Of a stretch of DNA of 64,000 bases, positions 1 through 8,999 are shown in pieces. Position numbers and translations under genes: made by a program. The notes beneath the pieces were generated by a model. It saw only the letters and a program-made list of their open reading frames with translations, searched no databases and was not told where the DNA came from. Where the stretch lies: IMG/VR virus record IMGVR_UViG_3300036958_000855, positions 19,652 to 83,651 of that record. The stretch is one strand, 5' to 3'. The stretch comes from a virus (lineage: Duplodnaviria > Caudoviricetes). The first letter of the stretch is position 1. Each line of letters opens with the position of its first letter.

Positions 1-271
1 CGAGGCCGATGAACAGGAACGGGGTGAAGTTGGTGCGCCCGGCGCTGACGCCGCGCTGCACGCAGCCGCGCACGCTTCCCCCCTTCGCCATCGGCGCGAA
101 GTTGGTCTGGTTGGTGAAGAAGCCGACCGCTCCCGCAAGAACATCGAGCGAGTTGAAGCCGAAGATGAAGGTGCCACCTCCGTTCGGCGCCGTGATGCCT
201 CCGGTGATGCCGCGGCTGACGGAGCCGCTGCTCAGTCCGCCACCTAGTTCTGTCCAATCAGCCTGGGCCAT
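1..271 (-). CDS. Putative virion structural protein, N-terminal part (runs off the window edge)
   Basis: Not in the ORF track. ATG at 271 with GGAGGAG RBS; reads MAQADWTELGGGLSSGSVSRGITGGITAPNGGGTFIFGFNSL... with no stop before base 1; directly downstream of the baseplate genes. Confidence 0.6.
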   Translation of the reverse strand, partial: MAQADWTELGGGLSSGSVSRGITGGITAPNGGGTFIFGFNSLDVLAGAVGFFTNQTNFAPMAKGGSVRGCVQRGVSAGRTNFTPFLFIGL

Positions 272-283
272 GGGTTGCTCCTC

Positions 284-1114
284 CTAGACGTTCACCGTCC
301 ATATCCAGTGGACGGCTGGGTCGCCGTGCACGTAGTTGATTCCGATGCCGTAGTCCGTGATGTTCTCGACTGGCGTGCCCGCGGGGTTGAGGCTTGACGT
401 GAACGTGTCCGCGTCGATGTAGGTGGCATAGTAGCGGTTTGACTCTGCTAATGGCGCTGGCAGCACGCCTCCCGCGACGAAGTAGTGTGGCTCGTGCACG
501 GAGCCGCCGAACATGTTGTGCGGTCCCGCCGTCGTGATGTAGTTGAGCGTGGTGTCCACGCTGAACGCATGCTGAGGGCGGTATTGCAAGAAGCCCTCGT
601 AAGTCGCATAGATGACCGACCCGCCTCCGCTCATGTACGCATACTGCGCGCTCTGAACGGCGATTAGCTCGGTGACGTATGCGTTGTCCCATCCTTCCAG
701 CGCGTCGAAGGTCTCCACCGCACGCGTCGTGAACCAGTAGCGTGCTTCCGCAAGGTCGCCTGGGTCAAACGTGGTCTTCCACACTCCCCACTCGCAGTCG
801 TCAATCGGGTCCGCACCCCCGTTGTAGAGGGCAGTCTCGGCCAAAGACAGCTCCGTGAGCCATGGCACGTTGTCCCAATACATCTCGAACCCTTCGCGTG
901 GGAGCAGTTGGTACTCGGCGCCGTCCAGGTCCGTGCTCGCGAAGGCGCCGAGGTACGTGGCGTCCCACCCCTCGTCTGCGGAAAACCGCTCCCAAGGAAG
1001 GTCGCTGTACGTGGCGATGCGCGCCGCGGTGCACACCACGCTCGCGTCCCAATCTAGCGGAATCCCCGGCGTCGCCGAAGCGGTCTCGAAGCTCAGGTTG
1101 CTTGGGGCTGGCAT
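284..1114 (-). CDS. Baseplate-associated hypothetical protein (276 aa)
   Basis: Start overlaps the baseplate-J stop; aromatic/acidic composition; synteny only. Confidence 0.55.
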   Translation of the reverse strand: MPAPSNLSFETASATPGIPLDWDASVVCTAARIATYSDLPWERFSADEGWDATYLGAFASTDLDGAEYQLLPREGFEMYWDNVPWLTELSLAETALYNGGADPIDDCEWGVWKTTFDPGDLAEARYWFTTRAVETFDALEGWDNAYVTELIAVQSAQYAYMSGGGSVIYATYEGFLQYRPQHAFSVDTTLNYITTAGPHNMFGGSVHEPHYFVAGGVLPAPLAESNRYYATYIDADTFTSSLNPAGTPVENITDYGIGINYVHGDPAVHWIWTVNV

Positions 1115-2616
1115 CAGAGCGTCTCCCCGGTATCACCGTCAATGAGCGTGACCGTGCCGAGCACGGGGAACTCGTGGTAGTCGAGTGCCACGTCTAGGTG
1201 CTCGCCATTCAGCAAGAAGCCCGTCGATGTCGCGTCCACCTTTCGCACGCCAGACACGTCCCGCACCACGTTGTGCACATCCGACCAAGCGATGCCGTCG
1301 AGCGGGTTGCCGTCCGCGTCCTTGAGGTTGCCGCCGAAGTCCACGTTGGTGTTGGGCGTGCCGTCTTCGTTCGAGATGGCGAAGAACGCGGCAAGCGCGT
1401 CCCCGATGTCCGCCTTCACGGTCGCCGGAACCGCGCCCTGGCGCAGGTAGACGACGGCTTGCACGTCCACGGTCAGGTACACGGGGTCGTAGACCATCGG
1501 CTGGAACGTGAGCGTGCATGGGTACGTGACTGTCACGGCGACGAGTACCGCTGCCTTGAGCGCGCTGCTTGGCGCGCCTCCGCCAGTCGGCACGATGTAG
1601 AGGATGCCGGTGTTCTCCTCCACGGCGTCGGACTCGTTCGACGTGAGCATGAGCGCCCGCGCCACGCCGTCCACGCGCAAGGCGACAGTCTCGAAGTCCG
1701 CCTTGCTCACGCATCGCGTGAGCGCCCGAAGGCTTGCTGGTGCGTAGAGCCGTATCTGCTGGTTCGTCTCGCGGTCAGTCCCGCCACTTGCGGGCGCCGG
1801 GTTCGTCACGCGCACGATGACCGGGGTGGCACCAGCGGTGAACACGCCAGATACGCGGTTGATGGCGCTCGCGGCGACATTCCCCTTCGTGCCTCCCCCA
1901 ACCTTGTAGTCAAGAGTCACGGTTCCGGTTGGCACGGCGCCGTTGATGCCATTGCCGAAGCGCACCGTGGCGCGGTCGTTCTGGTCCACCGCAACCGTGA
2001 AGTGCCGCTGCGCCGAGGTCGAGGAGAGGAAGTTGTCCACCTCCGTGTACGAACCGTTCCCCGCAACGATGACGAGCGACCCGTCCAGGAACGGGGTAGT
2101 CCCGAGCGTGAACTCCTGGTTTGCGAGCCCGGTAGACACGAACGTCTCGGTGACGTTGCGCGAGTGCTCCACGGTTCCGGTCACGCTCGTGCTGCCTGCG
2201 GGGATGGTTCTTGCGCTCAGAAGCTGGAACTCGATGGGCTCGGCAATCTCGGACGTGGCGCAGATGGTCCCCTCCGGGATGCTCACGGCGTCGCCCATGG
2301 CAGACGCGATGCTGAACAAGACGTCGGCGGTCGCCGCGTTGGCGCCGGATGGCTCGTACCCGATGAGCTTGCATAGCCCGAGCAAGCTCTTGCGCTGCGT
2401 TGCAGTGATGATGCGGCTCTCACGTGCGTTCGCGTCCATGTAGTAGCAGAGCACGTCGCCAACGAAGCAGAACAACTCCACGAGGATGTCGCCGAAGTTG
2501 GCAATGGCGTAGTCCGTCCACTCTGGGAACACGGACTTGAGCAGGGCGAACAGGCGCTCCCGCAAGGCGTCGAAGTCCTTGTCGGTATAGTCGAGGTTGG
2601 GCGGTAGCAGTGCCAT
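1114..2616 (-). CDS. Baseplate wedge protein, baseplate J/gp47-like (500 aa)
   Basis: N-terminal LDYTDKDFDALRERL...WTDY...GDILVELF; GNGINGAVP; GGTDRETNQQIR...RCVSKADFE, typical of the family. Confidence 0.85.
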   Translation of the reverse strand: MALLPPNLDYTDKDFDALRERLFALLKSVFPEWTDYAIANFGDILVELFCFVGDVLCYYMDANARESRIITATQRKSLLGLCKLIGYEPSGANAATADVLFSIASAMGDAVSIPEGTICATSEIAEPIEFQLLSARTIPAGSTSVTGTVEHSRNVTETFVSTGLANQEFTLGTTPFLDGSLVIVAGNGSYTEVDNFLSSTSAQRHFTVAVDQNDRATVRFGNGINGAVPTGTVTLDYKVGGGTKGNVAASAINRVSGVFTAGATPVIVRVTNPAPASGGTDRETNQQIRLYAPASLRALTRCVSKADFETVALRVDGVARALMLTSNESDAVEENTGILYIVPTGGGAPSSALKAAVLVAVTVTYPCTLTFQPMVYDPVYLTVDVQAVVYLRQGAVPATVKADIGDALAAFFAISNEDGTPNTNVDFGGNLKDADGNPLDGIAWSDVHNVVRDVSGVRKVDATSTGFLLNGEHLDVALDYHEFPVLGTVTLIDGDTGETL

Positions 2617-2625
2617 TGGGTTCTC

Positions 2626-3177
2626 CTAGCTCTCCGGGATGACGTCTTCGATTGGAGGGGCTGTGCCAGATTCCGACACTACGACCCGCTGCGTGATGTC
2701 CTCGACCACGACCTCGCCGGTCACCACGAAGTCGTAGCGCACCGACACGACCAACACGTCTTCCCCACCGACTCCCGCGTGCGGCGAGCGCTCTCGCGTG
2801 ATGATGACGGACTTCACCCGCACCCGCGGTTCCCATCGCGCGAGCGCGTCCGCCACGTAGACGCGCGCGAGCTGCGCCGTCACGGGGTCGTTGGCGCGGT
2901 GCCGCAGCAGGGTGAGCAGACTCCCGAACTCCGGGCGCCACGGAAGTTCCCCTTGCGTGGTCTGGCTCGACCCGACCGTGCCAAGCACCTGGCCTACGCA
3001 CGCACGCACGAGCGCCACGCCCTCCGCGGTAGCGAAGTCACCCTTCTGGTCGCGCACGAATGGACGAACAAGCCCGAACCCGAGGAACGACTTCCCGGCA
3101 AGCGCATACGGGCGCGTCGTGCCAGCAGATACCCCGCTGACCGATGGCGTGACGCTATATCCCCAAGTCGTTCCCAT
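2626..3177 (-). CDS. Baseplate wedge / sheath initiator, GPW/gp25-like
   Basis: GELPWRPEFGSLL and ALARWEPRVRV motifs; directly upstream of baseplate J. Confidence 0.85.
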   Translation of the reverse strand: MGTTWGYSVTPSVSGVSAGTTRPYALAGKSFLGFGLVRPFVRDQKGDFATAEGVALVRACVGQVLGTVGSSQTTQGELPWRPEFGSLLTLLRHRANDPVTAQLARVYVADALARWEPRVRVKSVIITRERSPHAGVGGEDVLVVSVRYDFVVTGEVVVEDITQRVVVSESGTAPPIEDVIPES

Positions 3178-3181
3178 GGCC

Positions 3182-3988
3182 TCAGTCCTCCATCACGAGG
3201 GTGCCAGCTTCGTTGCCCTCTGCGTCGATGGCGAAAACCTTGAATGTTGGCGAGCTGGGCCACCCGCCCGTGCGCAGGATGCTGTACTGCCACCCATCAT
3301 CGAGCGCGGTGCGGTACGAGGTCGCGGCGTAGTAGGCGGTCCACGAGTCCCCATCGTGCGCGACCTCGGCGACCCCGGTTCGCGGGAAGTAGATTGCGAC
3401 GAGGATGCGCCGGAACCCTTCTGGAGCGCCAGGACCTGGCTCATCCGTCACCCGAAACGTGACTGGCTGCGTGCGCGAGATGGTCTGGTTTGGCGCCGGG
3501 CTGGCATTCTTCACCACAGGTCCGTAGACGCCTGGGGTGTCGCCGGTCGTAGTTGCCGACTGCTCGGCGGTGTTCGTGTCGGTGTTGCCAGATGCGTCCC
3601 GCGCCCGCACGCGGAAGAAGTAGGTGCGCAGCGGCAACAGCCCGTCGATGTCGAACGAGCACGGGATGGGAATCTCCATGGCCTCCCAACCGGGAGGGAG
3701 CACGTCGGCAGCGTGCACGACGCGGTGTACCTCGAACGCGGCGCCGGGCTCGTAGCTCACGTGCACCTCGTACCAGATGGCATCTATCGCGGTCACTTCG
3801 TCGATTGCCGCATCCCAGGTGAGCCGCGCCGTCCTGCTCGTGAGCGCCGTGGCGCTCGTGATTCCGCCAAAAGTTGGTGGGTCCGTGTCTTGTGTAGCGA
3901 ATACTATCTGCGTTCGCGTGACCTTGTTTCCAGCGGTGCGCCTTCCTGGCTCCGCGCTTGGAACGAGCTGTATGCGGTCAACAGTCAT
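3182..3988 (-). CDS. Fibronectin type III-containing virion protein
   Basis: DTDPPTFGG...ARLTWDAAID...YEVHVS...LLPLRTYFFRVRARDASGN is an Fn3 pattern; start set at MTVDRIQ (ATGA overlap with upstream stop). Confidence 0.75.
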   Translation of the reverse strand: MTVDRIQLVPSAEPGRRTAGNKVTRTQIVFATQDTDPPTFGGITSATALTSRTARLTWDAAIDEVTAIDAIWYEVHVSYEPGAAFEVHRVVHAADVLPPGWEAMEIPIPCSFDIDGLLPLRTYFFRVRARDASGNTDTNTAEQSATTTGDTPGVYGPVVKNASPAPNQTISRTQPVTFRVTDEPGPGAPEGFRRILVAIYFPRTGVAEVAHDGDSWTAYYAATSYRTALDDGWQYSILRTGGWPSSPTFKVFAIDAEGNEAGTLVMED

Positions 3989-4950
3989 ATCAGCACCGCA
4001 CTTGGCGCGGGCCACCAGAACGCACCGAACTTCACGCTTTGGTATGGCGGACCAGACAGCGGCTCTACCGTGTTTTGCGCAAGGCCGTCTGGCGCGAAGT
4101 AGATGTCGATTAGGCGCCCGCGGAACGCTTGCTTTCCCGCAGTTGAAGCCCATACGTACGCCGGAAAGTCCGGAGATGGCTGTGCTGCATCCCAATCGTC
4201 GAGAGTGAATGTCGCGAAGATGCTTGAGTTGTAGTAGTATGGCGGCATCGGGTGCGCCATGGTTGTCGTACCATCTTGGTGGTACAAGTAGAGGGTACTA
4301 GCCGTTGCCGAGATTGTTTGCACTATTGCGGAACTGTTTTTCAGGTACAAGGCACACGGCATGTCCCCGGAACGCGGGTTCGACAACTCCAGTAGCCCGT
4401 ACGATTGCACCGGCCAGATATGACCAGACCCGTCCGTGAATAGTGCGTACCAACACCCAGACTCCGCGATTCCCAGCGTTATCTTGTATGGTCGCGCATA
4501 GCCGTCGTAGCGCCCGCACACGTCCACGTTTCCAGTATCTATGGTTTTCCCGCTGAACGTCGGGGGAGTGGTTTGCGCTCCTCCGACTGGCGCGTTGTCA
4601 GTTACGACAAAGCGTCCTCCCCCATACGTTCCAGATATGATCACGGTTACCCAGATGTTCGCGAACGCGGTTTCAGCAGGACCACGTAGACAGTACCAGT
4701 TACCTACCGAGAACGACGTTGTGTCCACACTGCCCCACCGATCAATGCCGTCCATTCCTCCGCCCTTCACACCCTTGGGGCCACCACTCCCCTCCAGTGT
4801 CCACTCTGTGGCAAGCGGCGCGTAGGTGCCAACCAGCGCGTCCTTGGTCGCCATCAGAAAGCCCACCTTGTTGCGAAAGTGGTCACCCGTGGTAGAACAG
4901 TATGCGTCGTTGCCGGTGGAAAAGTCCCATGTTCGTTCGAATGTAGTCAT
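3985..4950 (-). CDS. Putative tail/baseplate accessory protein (321 aa, beta-rich)
   Basis: Gly/Thr/aromatic-rich ORF in the baseplate operon, coupled to the Fn3 gene; no family recognised. Confidence 0.55.
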   Translation of the reverse strand: MTTFERTWDFSTGNDAYCSTTGDHFRNKVGFLMATKDALVGTYAPLATEWTLEGSGGPKGVKGGGMDGIDRWGSVDTTSFSVGNWYCLRGPAETAFANIWVTVIISGTYGGGRFVVTDNAPVGGAQTTPPTFSGKTIDTGNVDVCGRYDGYARPYKITLGIAESGCWYALFTDGSGHIWPVQSYGLLELSNPRSGDMPCALYLKNSSAIVQTISATASTLYLYHQDGTTTMAHPMPPYYYNSSIFATFTLDDWDAAQPSPDFPAYVWASTAGKQAFRGRLIDIYFAPDGLAQNTVEPLSGPPYQSVKFGAFWWPAPSAVLI

Positions 4951-4957
4951 CGCTTAC

Positions 4958-5704
4958 CTACGGAATTGCCACATACAACGCCCGCAAGGCGCTGATGAGA
5001 GCGTCGATGGGAGCGAGTGCAGCTTCCGCACTCTCCCCAAGGTCGTCGAGTGTTGGGACTTCCGGGAGCCCGGCGAGCCCTGCAAGCAGGTTGAGCAGGC
5101 CAATGAGGCGGTTCAGCGGCGCTGCGCCGTTGCCCATGGCCTGGAATTGAAGGTCGAGGGATGCTTGGGCGCAGTCCACCGCGACCTGGAGATCGAGCGA
5201 CCCGAGCGCCGTGGCGCGCGCGCCAGACAGGTCGATGCGCGCCTGGGCGTCGATGATGGCTTGGAGCTGCGCCCGGAAGCCAATGACGAAGAGGAGCAGC
5301 ACGGACACGATGCCCTTGAGCAAGATGGGTATGCTGAGCTGCGGAATCATCAGCTTGAACTTGTCGAGCTTGGGCAGCATCGCGTCTATCTTCGCGGCAA
5401 TCTTGGGCGGGTTGAGGGACAGAACCGCGTCGAAGATTGCCTTGAAGGTGAGCAACAGGTCGATGAGGTCGAACAGCGGAACGAGTGGCATGAGCGCCGC
5501 GTTCACCTCTCCCAGGAACTTGCCCGTCAGGTCGCCGGGGTTCGGCACCTTGAGCCCGGCAAGCGCGCTGAGGTTCACGCCTCCGGGGAACGTGATATTG
5601 AGCCCGCTCAGGTCGAGCCCGCCCAGGTCGATGTTCAGGCGCACGTCGAGCCCGGTGTTGATGTCCAGCTCGATGCAGGCGTCAGACGGGCTCGGTAGAG
5701 GCAT
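4958..5704 (-). CDS. Hypothetical protein of the baseplate operon
   Basis: Probable start MPLPSPS 5 nt after the gpV stop; helical hydrophobic protein. Confidence 0.55.
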   Translation of the reverse strand: MPLPSPSDACIELDINTGLDVRLNIDLGGLDLSGLNITFPGGVNLSALAGLKVPNPGDLTGKFLGEVNAALMPLVPLFDLIDLLLTFKAIFDAVLSLNPPKIAAKIDAMLPKLDKFKLMIPQLSIPILLKGIVSVLLLFVIGFRAQLQAIIDAQARIDLSGARATALGSLDLQVAVDCAQASLDLQFQAMGNGAAPLNRLIGLLNLLAGLAGLPEVPTLDDLGESAEAALAPIDALISALRALYVAIP

Positions 5705-5709
5705 GGCGA

Positions 5710-6300
5710 TTACTGAATCGGTTGCCCGTTGGGCATGACCGTCCTCCCGTTGATGTTGACCTGAAGCCCTTTGAGCGAGATGACCCCATCGCACTCCAGC
5801 GAGAGAATGCTCGTCGCCTTGAGGCGCACGCCATAGCGCACGCCGTCGAACAGAAGCTCGTCGTCAGTCTTCTTGTCGCGGATGACGAGCCGTTCCTTCC
5901 CGGCGCGCTCGTCCACGATGACGAGGAATCTGGCACCCTCCCAGCACCGCACGAGGTGCGCATCCGCAGCAGGCACCTCTTCTGCTTCCTCCTCCCCTCC
6001 GTGGTAGCCACCAACCGGTCCAGGGGTCTCAGACCCGGCTGCTGGCGCTCCCCACCACCCACCAACGTAGAACGGGCGCTCCACGTCCCCGGCTTGAAAG
6101 AGCACGCCAACGTCAGCCCCAACTGGCGGAGGGCAATAGGCACCAACATGCGAGGCGCCACCACCCGCGGCAAGCGGAAACGCCCATGCACTCGCGGGCT
6201 CGCACACTCCGGGGATGCGCACCCGAATCCGCCCAAGCCTCTCCGGGTCGTCGTTGTGCGTGACGGTGCCCGTGTAGAGCGCGCAATACTTCCTCCCCAT
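5710..6300 (-). CDS. Baseplate spike protein, gpV/gp5 OB-fold
   Basis: GTVTHNDDPERLGRIRVRIPG...WAFP...CPPPVGADVGVLFQAGDVERPFYVGG. Confidence 0.9.
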   Translation of the reverse strand: MGRKYCALYTGTVTHNDDPERLGRIRVRIPGVCEPASAWAFPLAAGGGASHVGAYCPPPVGADVGVLFQAGDVERPFYVGGWWGAPAAGSETPGPVGGYHGGEEEAEEVPAADAHLVRCWEGARFLVIVDERAGKERLVIRDKKTDDELLFDGVRYGVRLKATSILSLECDGVISLKGLQVNINGRTVMPNGQPIQ

Positions 6301-6419
6301 GCCGTCATGCTCTGTACTCAAAACGCCCCGTTTCTCCGTGCGAACGCGCGACGGACATGCTATGACAGTGCACCAAACGCAGGTGAACCACATCGTCCAC
6401 GGAAGACGCTGGAAGCACG

Positions 6420-6590
6420 TTACTTAGCATCTTGCTTCTCCGGTGGTGGTGACGGGTCCGTTTTGGCCGTCTCGATGGAGTAGTTCGTCGGGCATTCGTG
6501 CGAGTAGCACACCCCATTCACCTCGATGGCACCGCATGTTGGGCACGCCTTCACCACGTTCGTCTCTGGCATCTGGCCTCCGCACATCAT
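6420..6590 (-). CDS. Small Cys-rich protein (56 aa)
   Basis: Not in the ORF track. MMCGGQMPETNVVKACPTCGAIEVNGVCYSHECPTNY...; ATGA overlap with the gpD-like stop. Confidence 0.5.
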   Translation of the reverse strand: MMCGGQMPETNVVKACPTCGAIEVNGVCYSHECPTNYSIETAKTDPSPPPEKQDAK

Positions 6591-8137
6591 GTTGCCCCTC
6601 TCCCACGACCGTCGCTGTAGGTCGTGCGTTCTTCGCCGGTTCGCGGGTCCACTGTGACGGTGGGTTGCAGCGCTGGGGGAGCCGCTCCGGGCGCTGGGTT
6701 TGGCGTTGCGCTCTCTGGCGCCGTGCGCGGGTTCGGCGTCGCGGCGCTCGCGGGCTGCGTGCGTGCCGCGCCAGTCGTGCCCGGCTTGTTCGTGCCGTCG
6801 CTCTTGGTTTTGAGCTTGAGCTTGTAGCCTCCGCCGTCAATGGTGTGGACTGCCTCCGTCACGAAGTACTTGCCGCTCAAACGCCCTCCGAGCCCGCGCA
6901 CCTCCACGATGCTCTTCGCCGCGATGTCTGGGTCGCCAACCATGTCGATGTTGAGCTGCACGGTCGCCTGTTGGCTGCGCCGGTACACCCCATCTGCTTC
7001 CCGTCGAGCCCCTGCCGCGGTCGGTTCGGACGTCGGCCTCGTTTCTGTCCCCGCGGCTGCTGCCGGTGGGGTTGGCGCCCCAACAGCACCAGATGGCGCT
7101 GTCCCGGTGGTTGCCTCGCCGGTCACCGGATTGACGGTGACGGTTGGGACCGCGTTGGCGGTGGCGGTCGTGGTCCGCGGCGTAGTCGAGTCACTCGCGG
7201 TGTACGTGATGTCTTGCTTCGCCACGGGGTCGCGCCCGCGCACGGTCACGGCGCTCGGCGTAGCCGACACGTCGTTCTCGACATCGAACGCCATGATGTC
7301 CCCGACGTCTGGCGGGAGATAATACTGGAGCACGCGCATCGGCTGCTGGTCGAGCTTGCGCGCGTGCCAATGCAGCCCGTCCACGTCCACGTAGAACTCG
7401 AAGCCTTCCTGGTCCGCAAGCTTCTTCATGAACTGCGCGTCAGATTGGCTTGCCTGCGTGATGACGGGATACACGATGTCGGTGTCGTCTACGTGTTGCC
7501 GTGCCGTCTCGTACCCGTTTTCCTGGGCAAGTTGGCGCACCACGGCGCTGCGCGTCATGTTCTCGAATGCGCGGGAGCGCCCCTTCTTGTTGAGGAGCAC
7601 TCCCTTGTCCTGCGCCTCGATGGAGAGCTTCAGGGCTCCCTTGACCTTCTGCACCACGACCTCGTGGGGTTGGCACATCCGCTCGGCATATCCCCAGCTC
7701 ACGATGAGCACGGTGCCCTTCTCGAACACGCGGTCGTCGAATAGCGCGAGGTCGCGGTTATCGAAGGTCATCTTGCACAAGTCGGTCTTCTTCTCGCTGT
7801 CTTCGTAGGAGAACGTCAGAAGTCGTGTCGTCAGGTCGAGCGGTTCTGGTTCCGGCGCCGCTTCTGCCGTTGCTGGCGCAGGCGCACTTGCCGCGGCAGC
7901 TCGTGCGGCTTCCAAACGCTCCGCTGCTGCGTGCACTTCTGCCTCCGCTGCGTGCACTTCTGCGATGACGTTGGGGTCGTGCGTAGCGGCAGCGGCTTCG
8001 GCGAGGTCGTTCATGCGCGCACGCGCCGCATTGAAGTCGTGCTCTGCGCGCGCCACGCCAACGTTCCCACTCGGCGCCGGGCTCTTGCCGACGTACTGAA
8101 TGAGCACTCGCGGCTCGGAACGCGCGATAGCTGGCAT
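6587..8137 (-). CDS. Tail hub protein, late control D / gp44-like (516 aa)
   Basis: FSYEDSEKKTDLCKMTFDN; QASQSDAQFMKKLADQEGFEFYV; GDPDIAAKSIVEVRGLGGRLSGKYFVTEAVHTI. Confidence 0.85.
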   Translation of the reverse strand: MPAIARSEPRVLIQYVGKSPAPSGNVGVARAEHDFNAARARMNDLAEAAAATHDPNVIAEVHAAEAEVHAAAERLEAARAAAASAPAPATAEAAPEPEPLDLTTRLLTFSYEDSEKKTDLCKMTFDNRDLALFDDRVFEKGTVLIVSWGYAERMCQPHEVVVQKVKGALKLSIEAQDKGVLLNKKGRSRAFENMTRSAVVRQLAQENGYETARQHVDDTDIVYPVITQASQSDAQFMKKLADQEGFEFYVDVDGLHWHARKLDQQPMRVLQYYLPPDVGDIMAFDVENDVSATPSAVTVRGRDPVAKQDITYTASDSTTPRTTTATANAVPTVTVNPVTGEATTGTAPSGAVGAPTPPAAAAGTETRPTSEPTAAGARREADGVYRRSQQATVQLNIDMVGDPDIAAKSIVEVRGLGGRLSGKYFVTEAVHTIDGGGYKLKLKTKSDGTNKPGTTGAARTQPASAATPNPRTAPESATPNPAPGAAPPALQPTVTVDPRTGEERTTYSDGRGRGAT

Positions 8138-8481
8138 CAGACGACCTCCTCCTGCCTACGCGATTCCGCGAACACCCGTTCGAGCACCGTGCGCACGGAT
8201 GGGATGATGAGCGTGGAGCCCTCCGCAAGCGCTAAGGTCGGGTCGAACACGGGGTCTGGCTGGAAGTCAGCTATGACCCACCAGAGCCCGGCTGCTCGCG
8301 GGAGCGGCTGGAAGTAGCGGTAGGCCAGATGCCAGAGCGTGTCGCCTTGGGCGACCGTGTGGATGAGGTTGTCCGGCAAGGAGCGGTAGCGGAACGGCTC
8401 GCGCTCGCTCAGGAATGCCCTGCCGTCCGAGTCGTCTTGCCCGGTGCAGAAGGTGTGTCTGGAGTAGAGCCGTGGTGCCAT
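8137..8481 (-). CDS. LysM-like tail protein X
   Basis: HTVAQGDTLWHLAYRYF...LWWVIADFQ...GSTLIIP; start MAPRLY overlaps the upstream stop. Confidence 0.85.
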   Translation of the reverse strand: MAPRLYSRHTFCTGQDDSDGRAFLSEREPFRYRSLPDNLIHTVAQGDTLWHLAYRYFQPLPRAAGLWWVIADFQPDPVFDPTLALAEGSTLIIPSVRTVLERVFAESRRQEEVV

Positions 8482-8996
8482 CAGAACGCCAACCCCGTTC
8501 GTTCGGAGCCCATGTTGAGCACGTCTTCGCACGTGAGCAGCGTGTCGCGAATCTCCGTCAGCGTGCACGATGCCGTGAAAACCGTGGGAGCAGCGTCCGT
8601 GTTCATCAGCGTGTACCCGAACTTCAACTTGTCGAGCGTGCAGGTCAGCGAGATGAGCCCAGGCCAGACGAAGAGAAGCCGTGGCGCCCCAGCCGACCGC
8701 AGGTTGCTCGCCATGCGCCGCGGGAAGCACGCAGCCATCAGGAACTTTCGCGCTTCCGAGTTGCGCGCGTGCTGCGCCTTGCCCGCGCTGATGCTGTCGA
8801 AGTAGAGGTTCACGTCGAGAACCTGCGACTCGGTGTGCACGAATTGGCGCACGGGGTGGCTCAAACCGGGCACCACCTCGTCTGCGTACTTGGCGCCGAG
8901 GCTTTCCGTCAGTTCAGTCGGGTTGAACTGCGCCTCCAGCACGCCTTGGGTGTGCAGATTCACGATGGACATGAGGGGAGGTCGTTCGTATTGCAT
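8481..8996 (-). CDS. Tail tube initiator / CIS tube-like protein
   Basis: AQFNPTELTES...VPGLSHPVRQF...LYFD...APRLLFVW; lies between tape measure and LysM gene. Confidence 0.75.
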   Translation of the reverse strand: MQYERPPLMSIVNLHTQGVLEAQFNPTELTESLGAKYADEVVPGLSHPVRQFVHTESQVLDVNLYFDSISAGKAQHARNSEARKFLMAACFPRRMASNLRSAGAPRLLFVWPGLISLTCTLDKLKFGYTLMNTDAAPTVFTASCTLTEIRDTLLTCEDVLNMGSERTGLAF

Positions 8997-8999
8997 CGC

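Noticed and set aside
3182-5794. Longest-ORF starts from the track (for example 4195 and 5794; also 6393, 8730, 13276, 18172, 61852)
   Set aside because: Extensions overlap upstream genes; RBS or ATGA coupling supports shorter starts
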